A program made the translations under genes and the position numbers. Shown in pieces: positions 37,554 through 46,051 of a stretch of DNA of 64,000 nt. This DNA is from Treponemataceae bacterium (GTDB lineage: Bacteria > Spirochaetota > Spirochaetia > Treponematales > Rectinemataceae): NCBI GenBank assembly GCA_963667725.2, contig CAXXHO010000005.1:1303189-1367188 (forward strand). Reading direction: 5' to 3'. Below the pieces are notes generated by a model. The model did not search any database. It was not told where the DNA came from and worked only from the letters and a program-made list of their open reading frames with translations. Numbering within the stretch: position 1 is the stretch's first letter; every line of letters starts with the position of its first letter.

Positions 37554-37581
37554 AGCGGCGCCAATCATCGGAGGTATCTGT

Positions 37582-37941
37582 ATGAAAGTCAGCGACATCG
37601 TGACCATACTCGACGCGAAGGTCTTCGCCGGCGGGAACCAGCTCGATCTCGAGGTCCAGTCCGCCTGCGGGGCCGATCTCATGAGCGACGTCATGGCTTT
37701 CGTGAAGGAAAGGGTCGTTCTCCTGACGGGCTTGATGAATCCGCAGGCGCTCAGGACGGCCGACCTCCTCGACATCAAGGTGATCGTGTTCGTCCGCGGC
37801 AAGAAACCGACGGCCGACCTGCTGGAAATGGCCGAAGAATCGAAAATGATACTCATGACGACCAAATATTCGATGTTCCTCGCCTGCGGCCGTCTCTACG
37901 AAGCGGGCTTGAGGGCTGGCGGCATCAGGGAAATTTCCTGA
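37582..37941 (+). CDS. DRTGG domain protein
   Basis: ACGADLMSDVMAF, LLTGLMNPQALRTA, ACGRLY. Confidence 0.85.
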   Translation: MKVSDIVTILDAKVFAGGNQLDLEVQSACGADLMSDVMAFVKERVVLLTGLMNPQALRTADLLDIKVIVFVRGKKPTADLLEMAEESKMILMTTKYSMFLACGRLYEAGLRAGGIREIS

Positions 37942-37952
37942 AGGAATCCTGA

Positions 37953-38387
37953 GTGAAGCTCAATTTTTCCATACCTTCGATGGACTTTTCCGCGGCGGGA
38001 AAGGCTTCCACCGAAGTGAAGCGCCTCCTCGCGAGGCTGGGCCTCAATTCCGACCTCGTCAAGCGGATCGCTATCGCCATGTACGAGGGCGAAATGAACA
38101 TCGCCATCCACGGCGGCGGAGGGGAGGCCGAGATGGAGCTCACGACGGACAAGGTGGGGATCACCCTCATCGATCATGGTCCTGGCATCGCCGATATAGA
38201 CCTGGCCATGACGGAGGGCTTTTCCACGGCGAGCGAGGAAGTGCGGAACATGGGCTTCGGGGCCGGCATGGGGCTTCCCAATATGAAGCGCAACGCCGAC
38301 CTCATGGAACTGGAAAGCAAGGTAGGACTGGGTACGAAAGTGCATCTGCTGTTCAGACTCAATCCGGCGCAGGGCGCCAAAGCATAA
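37953..38387 (+). CDS. Anti-sigma/RsbT-like Ser/Thr kinase (HATPase_c)
   Basis: YEGEMNIAIH, DHGPGIADIDLAMTEGFST, GAGMGLPNM. Confidence 0.88.
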   Translation: MKLNFSIPSMDFSAAGKASTEVKRLLARLGLNSDLVKRIAIAMYEGEMNIAIHGGGGEAEMELTTDKVGITLIDHGPGIADIDLAMTEGFSTASEEVRNMGFGAGMGLPNMKRNADLMELESKVGLGTKVHLLFRLNPAQGAKA

Positions 38388-38410
38388 ATAGGAATCAGGG
38401 GAAGGCGGCG

Positions 38411-39736
38411 TTGATGGGCGGTAGCATTTTTCATTCGGTATATCTGGACTCCAGTCTCTGCGTCGGCTGCACGACCTGCGTCAGGCGATGCCCTACCCAG
38501 GCCATCCGCGTGAGGGACGGCAAGGCCCATATCACCGAGGAACGCTGCATAGACTGCGGCGAGTGCATCCGTACCTGTCCCAAGGGGGCGAAGAAATCGG
38601 TCTCCGATCCCTTGGCCGTGATGGGCGGCTACGATATTAACGTCGCGCTTCCCGCGCCTTCGCTTTATGGACAGTTCGGCATCGATCATTCGCCGGAACA
38701 GGTTTTCGCCGTGCTCCGGACCATAGGTTTCGACGAGGTTTTCGACGTGGCCTGGGGCGCCAAGGTCCTCACGGAATCCATCCGGGAATACGCCAAGGCC
38801 GATCTTCCGAGACCCCTCATCTCGAGCGCCTGTCCCGTGGTTGTCCGCCTCATCCAGCTCCGCTTCCCCTCGCTCATACAGAATCTCGTGCCCTTCCTGC
38901 CGCCCGTCGAGGTGGCCGCGAGGGAAGTCCGCTCCCGTTTCGCCCGGGCTGGGGAGGCTTTCGCGAACAAGAGGGTGGGCATTTTCTTCCTCAGTCCCTG
39001 CACCTCCAAGGTGACGGCCATCAAAGCCCCCCTTGGCTACCTCGCTTCAGAGGTGAATGCCGTATTCTCCTTTCAGGATATTTATGCGGCTTTGAAGAAG
39101 AACCTGAAGGCGGGTTCCGGAGCCTCCGAGGGCGACAGGACAGGACGTTCGTCCGCTTTGCCGAGGATTCGGGAACTGGGAAGCGGCTTCAGCTGGGCAC
39201 GTTCCGACGGCGAACTCGAATCGCTGGACATTCCGGGCGCGGTCTCCGTCGACGGCATAGACAACGTGATCGCCCTGCTCGAAGAGATCGACAACGGCAA
39301 ACTCGGGGAATTGCCCTATATCGAAGCCCTGGCATGTCCGGGCGGATGCGTCGGGGGGCCTATGGCCGTGGCCAACCCCCATGTCGCCCGCACGACCATC
39401 AAGGCCATAGCGAAAAAGGAATCGCTCGCGTCGCTTTCCGGAAAGCCCGCGCAGGCGAATTTCAGGCACCTTCTCTGGGATGAGGAACTTCTTCCCAAAC
39501 CGGTGATGGTCCTCGACAGGGACATGGAAAAGGCGCTCGCTATGGCGGAAGCGCTCGAGGAAATAGCGGCCGGCCTCCCGGGTCTGGACTGCGGCGCCTG
39601 CGGAGCGCCGGATTGTCGCGCTTTCGCCGAAGATATCGTTAAGGGCTGCGCGAAAATTGACGATTGTATAGTGCGGATGAAAGAGAAATCGGCTAAGATA
39701 ACCGGAATCAATAATTCGGCCGGGATGGTCGAATAG
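38411..39736 (+). CDS. [FeFe]-hydrogenase-like Fe-S protein, regulatory/group D-like
   Basis: 2x[4Fe-4S] ferredoxin N-terminus, ISSACP, SPCTSK, EALACPGGCVGGP, C-terminal LPGLDCGACGAPDC. Confidence 0.85.
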   Translation: MMGGSIFHSVYLDSSLCVGCTTCVRRCPTQAIRVRDGKAHITEERCIDCGECIRTCPKGAKKSVSDPLAVMGGYDINVALPAPSLYGQFGIDHSPEQVFAVLRTIGFDEVFDVAWGAKVLTESIREYAKADLPRPLISSACPVVVRLIQLRFPSLIQNLVPFLPPVEVAAREVRSRFARAGEAFANKRVGIFFLSPCTSKVTAIKAPLGYLASEVNAVFSFQDIYAALKKNLKAGSGASEGDRTGRSSALPRIRELGSGFSWARSDGELESLDIPGAVSVDGIDNVIALLEEIDNGKLGELPYIEALACPGGCVGGPMAVANPHVARTTIKAIAKKESLASLSGKPAQANFRHLLWDEELLPKPVMVLDRDMEKALAMAEALEEIAAGLPGLDCGACGAPDCRAFAEDIVKGCAKIDDCIVRMKEKSAKITGINNSAGMVE

Positions 39737-39748
39737 CGTCAGGGAAAT

Positions 39749-39777
39749 TTGACAAATGCTCTAAAGATCATTATAGT
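39749..39777 (+). promoter_or_regulatory. Sigma70-type promoter
   Basis: TTGACA-N17-TATAGT. Confidence 0.6.
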
Positions 39778-39890
39778 GATAATTTAGGGTACGTCTCGTA
39801 TAATAATGCAACAAACGGTGTACTTTGCAGACTGTCGCGCCCGAAGGCATGTGCCGCTGTCGCAGATAACGTCCGGGAGAGGGGTCGTTC

Positions 39891-41342
39891 TTGAATAAAA
39901 AAGACTTTCCGCGTGTCCATTTTTACGACCAGGACTTTGTAGAAATATACGACCGCACATGGGCCTGGGTTGCCGACTGCTGGGCCTCGGGCGGAGCCGA
40001 AAGCGGCTTCGACAAGATCAAGTTTTTCCATTATCCTCAAAAACCCGTTCTCGACGTGATGGAACAGGTTTTTTCTTCTTTTTTCCTGGTCTACAGCAAT
40101 AGGATATTTTCCGCGTCCAACGGCCTCGACGCTCTCTATGGCCTACAGGAAGCCGACGGAGCCATCAGGGCAACCTACGATATGGAAACCGGCAAGCCGA
40201 TTCTCACCACCGACAACCCCGACGGCCTCATTTTACCTCTCTTCGCCTGGGCGGAGTACAACCTTTATCACAAGACGGCCAACAAGAAACGCGTCAAGGA
40301 CGTGATGCCCGCCCTCAGGAAGCACTACAAATGGCTCGAGAGCAATTTCAAGGGCGCGAACGGTCTCTACGCGGCGCCGATCGCCGCCAGCGGCTTGAGC
40401 AACTCGCCCCGCGAGGGAGCCCGCTACCTGGTCGATTTCAACGCCGTCATGGCGATGAACGCGCTCTATATCTCGGCCCTCGGCGACATCCTCAACGACA
40501 AGGATATTTCCTTCCAGTTCAAGCGCGACTATTTTTCGCTCAAGACGAGAGTGAACGGCAAGATGTGGAACGCCGAGGATGGATTCTACTACGACCTCGA
40601 CGAGCAGGAAAAACACGTCAAGGTGAAGACGATAGGTTCCTACTGGCTGCTTCTGGCCGAAATACCCAACGAGGACAGGGCGGAGAAGCTCGTGGCCAAA
40701 CTTAAGGACCCCGCCTGCTTCGGTACGGAGAATCCTTTCCCGACCTTGTCGGCTGACGATCCCCATTACGACAAAAAGGGCAACGGCTATCGCGGTTCTG
40801 TCGTGACCGCCTTCACCTTCATGGTGATCAAGGGCCTGGAAAAATACAACTTCTACGAGTTCGCCCGCGACTGCGCCATCAGGCACCTCTATTTCATACT
40901 GGATTCGATGCACGCGGGGACGGAGCACGCCGAGGGGAACCATCAGAAAGAGCACAAACCCATCGTCTGGGGAGCATATCAGCCCCAATCCGAGGGCAAG
41001 GCCGCATGGGACGGACATCCCGAATGGCCCTATCCGCACTATCTGCCCTTCAACGGCCTCGCCAGCGTCACCCTGATGATCGAAAACATCGTGGGACTCT
41101 ATGTTTCCCTGCCGAGGAAGACGGTCGACTGGATCGTCCCCAACCTCGAGATCATGGGCATCGAGAACCTCTCCCTCAAGCGGAACATGGTCACCATTCT
41201 TTCGAGCAAATCCGGGCGCGGCTGGGAAATCCATATGGAGAGCGAAAAACTCTATTACTTCACCATCAACGTGCTCAACAAGAAAAAGAAAACCCTGCCC
41301 ATACCCTCGGGCAAGTGTTCCATGCTCATCGACAAAATCTAG
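39891..41342 (+). CDS. Trehalase/GH63 (MGH1-like) glycoside hydrolase family protein
   Basis: PLFAWAEY, MWNAEDGFYYD, FPTLSADDPHY..GYRGSV..MVIKGLEKY. Confidence 0.75.
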   Translation: MNKKDFPRVHFYDQDFVEIYDRTWAWVADCWASGGAESGFDKIKFFHYPQKPVLDVMEQVFSSFFLVYSNRIFSASNGLDALYGLQEADGAIRATYDMETGKPILTTDNPDGLILPLFAWAEYNLYHKTANKKRVKDVMPALRKHYKWLESNFKGANGLYAAPIAASGLSNSPREGARYLVDFNAVMAMNALYISALGDILNDKDISFQFKRDYFSLKTRVNGKMWNAEDGFYYDLDEQEKHVKVKTIGSYWLLLAEIPNEDRAEKLVAKLKDPACFGTENPFPTLSADDPHYDKKGNGYRGSVVTAFTFMVIKGLEKYNFYEFARDCAIRHLYFILDSMHAGTEHAEGNHQKEHKPIVWGAYQPQSEGKAAWDGHPEWPYPHYLPFNGLASVTLMIENIVGLYVSLPRKTVDWIVPNLEIMGIENLSLKRNMVTILSSKSGRGWEIHMESEKLYYFTINVLNKKKKTLPIPSGKCSMLIDKI

Positions 41343-41965
41343 AGGCTCGCCACCGACACGAAATGGGCGATCGCCGCCAGAAGCACGAAAATATGCCAGA
41401 TCTCATGGAAGCCGAATTTGCCGGGGAAGAAATTGCCCTTTTTCGTCGCGTAGATAAGGGCTCCCAGCGAATAGAGCAGCCCCCCCGCCATCAGCCAAGC
41501 GAGGGTCCAGGGCGTCAGCTTCGCCAGGAATTCCCTCGCGGCGAATACGCTGAGCCAGCCCATCCCGACATAGATGCCCGCCGTCACTCCCCTCGGGAGT
41601 CCGATGATGAATATCGTGAAGACGACGCCCGCCACGGCCAGGGCCCATATGACGGCCAGAAGGCCCCAGCGCCAGAAGCCGGAAAAGGCTATGACGCAGA
41701 AGGGGGTGTAGGTGCCGGCGATGAGGGTGTAGATCGCGGCGTGATCGAATTTCCTCAGCCGGACGAGGGTTTTCGGGGGGGCTTCCGAGGCGTGATAGAT
41801 GCCGCTCGCCGTGAACAAGGTGAGGAGGCAGAGGCTGTAGACCAGAAGGGAGAGGGTGCCGATGAGGCCGCCGGCGCCGCGGAGGAGAAGCCAGCCCGCA
41901 GCGGGCAAGGCGAGCGCGGCGCCGGCCAGGTGAGATAGGCTATTGAAGGGTTCCCTGATCCGCAT
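41339..41965 (-). CDS. Hemolysin III / PAQR family membrane protein
   Basis: EPFNSLSH, ASGIYH, FDHAAIYTLIAGTYTP, HEIWHIFVL. Confidence 0.92.
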   Translation of the reverse strand: MRIREPFNSLSHLAGAALALPAAGWLLLRGAGGLIGTLSLLVYSLCLLTLFTASGIYHASEAPPKTLVRLRKFDHAAIYTLIAGTYTPFCVIAFSGFWRWGLLAVIWALAVAGVVFTIFIIGLPRGVTAGIYVGMGWLSVFAAREFLAKLTPWTLAWLMAGGLLYSLGALIYATKKGNFFPGKFGFHEIWHIFVLLAAIAHFVSVASL

Positions 41966-41972
41966 ACCCGGT

Positions 41973-42656
41973 TCAGCCGGCCTTGACGATGATCGACCCC
42001 ATCAGGGCAAGCCCCGAAATATCGACCCAGGGCTGGCGTCGGTCGACCCGCTGCTCGACCGAAGAATGGATATTGGCTTCGCCCATGAAGGGGAAGGCCG
42101 ACATTTTTACCGGCAGGCCATAAGGGACGAGTATCCTGATTTCGCCCATGATGGCGAACGCGTCGATCTTGAGACGTCCGGGAGGAAGGGCGGTGTTGCG
42201 CAGGTCGAGGGTGGTGCTTCCCATCAGCGTGAAGCTCGTGGCCTGGTCCGAATTGAGCCAGTCGCCTGCCATCTTTCTGTCGCCCATGACGCAGAGCGAA
42301 AACTCCGGGCTTCCGTTGCGTTCCTCCACGAAGAGGTCTTCCACGGGAGGAGCAGCGGGGCGGCGGTAAGAAGATGGGCGACTGGGGGCTGGGCGGTCGG
42401 AAGGCCGGCGGCTGGCGTCCAGGTGGCCGCGTCCCGTTTCGCGGGGCAGTTCCTGGGGCGGCAGGTCGGCGGTCTGCGTGTAGATGTCGCGCAGGGCGGT
42501 CGCCCTCTGGATTTTCTCAGCCCGGACTTCGTAGTCTTCTATATTGATTTTACCTAGGGCAAAAGCCGAGGTTATGGCATCGAGCGCGCTTTGTCTTTCC
42601 CGATCCATTTCATTGTTTCCGCCCGCGCCTGGCACGGAATCATAGCGGTCGTTCAT
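41973..42656 (-). CDS. DUF1707 (SHOCT-like) plus LiaF/DUF2154-like domain protein
   Basis: DRERQSALDAITSAFALGKINIEDYEVR; MGSTTLDLR, IMGEIRILVP. Confidence 0.75.
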   Translation of the reverse strand: MNDRYDSVPGAGGNNEMDRERQSALDAITSAFALGKINIEDYEVRAEKIQRATALRDIYTQTADLPPQELPRETGRGHLDASRRPSDRPAPSRPSSYRRPAAPPVEDLFVEERNGSPEFSLCVMGDRKMAGDWLNSDQATSFTLMGSTTLDLRNTALPPGRLKIDAFAIMGEIRILVPYGLPVKMSAFPFMGEANIHSSVEQRVDRRQPWVDISGLALMGSIIVKAG

Positions 42657-42819
42657 GGTCCGCTCCTTGTGGCCCGCTTGGCGCCACCTTCCTGAATTTC
42701 GCGGCCCGCCGAAGGGTGGCGCCGCGCTTGTGCCTAAAATACTGGATATCGGTAAAAAAATCCACTATGTCCGCACGCGAGGCGGTTGAGGCTTCATCGG
42801 AGGATAAGGCCTCAACCGC

Positions 42820-43539
42820 TCATCCGATAAGCGTGCCGACGAAGGTTTTGCCGTCCAGAATGCGGAAAATATTGTCGAGATCCTTGCCAGCGGCGCAGAT
42901 TACCTGGATGTCGGCGGCTTCGGCGCGCGCCGAGGCGATGGGGTCGAAGGGCAGGTTGGCGCCCGGCGTCCAGGTCGAGCCTACCATGGCCCGGAAATCC
43001 TTCCAGGAGATGGTGTCGATGGGCGTGGCCTTGGGGTCCTTCTTGGGGTCAGCGGTATAGACCTTGGCGATGTTGGAGAGATTGAGCACGGTCTTGGCGC
43101 CGAAACGCTCGCCCAGATAGACAGCGTCGTAATCGCTCGAAAAGCCCGGCTTCCAGCCCGAGGCGACAAGCACTTTTCCGGTGAAGACGAAGGCCGCCGA
43201 GGGGTCGGTGACCACGTCGTCGGCGCAGAGTTCGCCCATGGCCGCCTTCACGAGCTGGGCATTGATGCGCGTCGCGGCGATGCCGATCCAGTCGAGAGCT
43301 TCGTTGGAACCCTGGGTTTCACTGGAGCCCGAGGCCTCTCCCCGACGCCGCCAGAATTCCTTCAGCGCGGTCTGGTAGGAGCGGGCGGGGCCTCCCCCGC
43401 CGATGACGAGTATGACCCGTCGGTCCCCGGCCTTGGCCAGCCAGGATTCGAGGCGCTGGCGGAATTCCACGAGAAAGGCGACATCGGGGCCTTCCGGCGG
43501 GGCGACTATCGAACCGCCCAGAGACAGTACACAGGTCAT
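42820..43539 (-). CDS. pyrH: UMP kinase (archaeal/spirochaetal type)
   Basis: SLGGSIV, IGGGGPARSYQ, DWIGIAATRINA, GWKPGFSSDYDA, YTADPKKDP, PFDPIA. Confidence 0.9.
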   Translation of the reverse strand: MTCVLSLGGSIVAPPEGPDVAFLVEFRQRLESWLAKAGDRRVILVIGGGGPARSYQTALKEFWRRRGEASGSSETQGSNEALDWIGIAATRINAQLVKAAMGELCADDVVTDPSAAFVFTGKVLVASGWKPGFSSDYDAVYLGERFGAKTVLNLSNIAKVYTADPKKDPKATPIDTISWKDFRAMVGSTWTPGANLPFDPIASARAEAADIQVICAAGKDLDNIFRILDGKTFVGTLIG

Positions 43540-44223
43540 TCAAACCTCCTGGGATGGGGACAGGGACAGGTCCGGCTGCGTCGTCTGCAGCACCTTGTAT
43601 TCATCGGCAAGGATGGAGGCGAGGCGGCGCGCCGATCCGGTGAAATGGATGGCGTGCATGCCCATCCGGCGCGCCGCCTCCACGTTCGCGAGCGTATCGT
43701 CTATGAAAACGCATTCGTCCGGATCAGCCTCGGCCGATGCCAGGCAGCTCCGGTAGATCTCGGGTTCAGGTTTTATGAGATGCAGGTCGCAGGAGAGGAT
43801 TATCTCGTCGAAGGGCTCGATCCAGTCGATTCCGCCCGCGTTTCTGCCGTCGCCGAACATACATTCCTTGCCTTCCTTGTTCATGTTGGAAAGAATGAGA
43901 AGGCGGCAGCCTTGTTCCTTCAGTTTTCCGATGATGGCGACCGTCTCGGCGTTGATGTTGAACCAGCTCTCCTGGTCGAGCCTGATGAGGCGGGGGAGGA
44001 TGCTTTCATCGACTCGCGTTCCGAAGCGTCCAGCCACCTTGTTCCAGTAGGTCAGGGCGCTCATGACGCCCCTGTCGTATTCGCCCCTGTCGGCGGCGTA
44101 AGCCTTGGGGAATTCCTCGGCCGGGGCGCCGATGATGGCGGCCATCTCGTCGGCGAGGTGCTTTTTCTGGTCGTAGGTTATGACCCGGCCGCAGTCGAAG
44201 ATGATCGTTTTTATGGGTTTCAT
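43540..44223 (-). CDS. HAD family phosphatase
   Basis: IIFDCGRV, ILSN, KPEPEIY, VFIDDTLANV. Confidence 0.9.
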   Translation of the reverse strand: MKPIKTIIFDCGRVITYDQKKHLADEMAAIIGAPAEEFPKAYAADRGEYDRGVMSALTYWNKVAGRFGTRVDESILPRLIRLDQESWFNINAETVAIIGKLKEQGCRLLILSNMNKEGKECMFGDGRNAGGIDWIEPFDEIILSCDLHLIKPEPEIYRSCLASAEADPDECVFIDDTLANVEAARRMGMHAIHFTGSARRLASILADEYKVLQTTQPDLSLSPSQEV

Positions 44224-44233
44224 GGCTACGACC

Positions 44234-45940
44234 TCATTCGGCGCGATGGGGCGGCGCCCCGGCATTTCCCTTTTCGGGAACCGCCTTCAAGTCCAGCGCG
44301 CCTCTGACGAGGCGGGAAAGGAGCTTGGGCAGTTCGATGAAGGAATATTCCTTGTGCACGCGTTCGCCGATCTGGTGATACTCCCGGCCCCAGGGGCCGA
44401 CGTTGATGACGGGACAATCGATGGATACCCGGGATCCCTCGCCTGAGTCGGGATCGGCGACGGGTGACTGGCGCCGGACGCAGGCTCTGTCGCCGGCCGA
44501 ATCGGAGGGAGCGAGGAAGCTCATGTCCGAAATGCCGGGGAAGTAAGGCCGTACCCTGATGCTTTTCCCGATCTCCCCCGAGAAGGCCGAGAGTTCAGAG
44601 CGAAGCATGGCGATGAAGGCGGCGTCCCTTTCCTGATCGATTTCGGCTCGGGAATAGTAGGGAGGGGCGAAGCCTATGATGGCCGCGGGACCTTCCAGCC
44701 CGGAGAAGGGCAGAAGTTCCTGCACGACGAGAAGCGTCTGCTGGACCCTGTCGTCGGGCTGCTGGCTTGCCGCGTAGGCGCGCGCCTTTTCGAGGATGCC
44801 GGGGCTCAGGCGTTCGGCCAGGCGCGACAGTTCGTCGAAATTGAGAACGAGAGGCTGTTTCGCCGGCAGTGCGAAATGGCCCGATACCCTGCGGGAAAGC
44901 GTGGAGGCGCGCTCCCTGAGGGAGGAAATGGCGCGGTTCATGGAGTCGGAGGCTATCTTGCCCATAGCCTCGACGATTTCCTCCGGTCCCCTCGTATGGC
45001 TGAGGACGTTGAGGGCGCAAAAAACGGCCGAAGGCGTCGTCACGTCGTAGGCAGTCCTCGATTCCCGGAAATAAAGGATGGTGGGCGGGGGGGCTTCCTC
45101 GCCGGGCGCTACCTGGCGTTCCTTGATGGTGTCGGGGTTGCATTCCACTTCCCTCGCGAATTCCGAGGCGAGGAGCACAGGGTTGATGCCGTCGAAGGGG
45201 GCGCCCGCGTGGGTGCATTTCCCCACGAAGTAGACGAAGGGAAGGGTTTTTCCGACTGAACCGGTGAAAACCGCTCGGCCCATTTCCCCGCTGTCCTGGT
45301 CCACGGCCGAATCCAGGTTGAAGACGGCGGCGGCTTCCAGGCCACGCTCGGCCAAGTAGTCCTTCAGCATGGCGGCGGCGGCTTTCATGCCGTGGCTCGA
45401 GCCTTCCTCGTCGGCCACCGAGAGAAAGAGAATGTTGCCCGCCCGCTCGAAGGGCGCCGAAAAGGCCGCCAGGACCGAAATGCCCGCGGCCAGGCCGCTC
45501 TTCATGTCGAGCAGGCCCCGTCCGGGGAGAAATTCTCCCGAAGCTAGGTCTTCTTTCAGCCGGGAGAGAGGATTGTCCTTGCCGCTGACTTCGGCGAGGG
45601 ACTCGAGCATTTTACGCGAAAGGGTTTCGGGTTCGAAGGCCCAGGGTTCGAGGGAGCCATACATGGAGGTCTGCACGACATCGTAATGCCCCGTGAGGAT
45701 GACGCATTGCCTGCCTGAACCCCTGACGAGGGCGAACACATTCGAACGTTCCTTGGGATCGCCCGGAATGGGCAGGGCCGCGAGGTTGCCGGGATTGTTC
45801 CGGAAATAGGGAATCTGTCCAAGCACGGACAGGAGAAAAGCGGGGAAGGCCTTTTCTCCCGGCGAGTCGGTCACGCTGGCCGTTCTGGTGAGCAACACGG
45901 ACAATTCCTGGATGCTATCGAAATTTGGGGATTTCTCCAT
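44234..45940 (-). CDS. M20/M28 family metallohydrolase, RocB-like
   Basis: LTGHYDVV, GRGLLDMKSG, DEEGSSHGM, GSVGK, YFPGISDMS, NVGPWG..H..ER. Confidence 0.85.
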   Translation of the reverse strand: MEKSPNFDSIQELSVLLTRTASVTDSPGEKAFPAFLLSVLGQIPYFRNNPGNLAALPIPGDPKERSNVFALVRGSGRQCVILTGHYDVVQTSMYGSLEPWAFEPETLSRKMLESLAEVSGKDNPLSRLKEDLASGEFLPGRGLLDMKSGLAAGISVLAAFSAPFERAGNILFLSVADEEGSSHGMKAAAAMLKDYLAERGLEAAAVFNLDSAVDQDSGEMGRAVFTGSVGKTLPFVYFVGKCTHAGAPFDGINPVLLASEFAREVECNPDTIKERQVAPGEEAPPPTILYFRESRTAYDVTTPSAVFCALNVLSHTRGPEEIVEAMGKIASDSMNRAISSLRERASTLSRRVSGHFALPAKQPLVLNFDELSRLAERLSPGILEKARAYAASQQPDDRVQQTLLVVQELLPFSGLEGPAAIIGFAPPYYSRAEIDQERDAAFIAMLRSELSAFSGEIGKSIRVRPYFPGISDMSFLAPSDSAGDRACVRRQSPVADPDSGEGSRVSIDCPVINVGPWGREYHQIGERVHKEYSFIELPKLLSRLVRGALDLKAVPEKGNAGAPPHRAE

Positions 45941-46051
45941 GGGCAAAATATAGCGCAAAGGCTCATGGAGAGGTAAGGTGTCCGGCCCTCGAGGGGCCCA
46001 GGATAGCGCCGGGACTGCCCGCCGGGGGACGCCCGGCGCGGTTCCTCGGTC

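Noticed and set aside
39784..39890. Possible riboswitch, or sixth copy of the CRP-like box (TGTGCCGCTGTCGCAGA), in the glycosidase leader
   Set aside because: Only fragmentary resemblance to ZTP/ykkC motifs. The box has the wrong spacing and lacks GAC-N18-TAnnnT. An Infernal/Rfam scan would settle it.
42820..43539. Archaeal-type UMP kinase as a recent archaeal transfer
   Set aside because: This type is the usual form in treponemes and Borrelia, so it is a lineage marker rather than a novelty.
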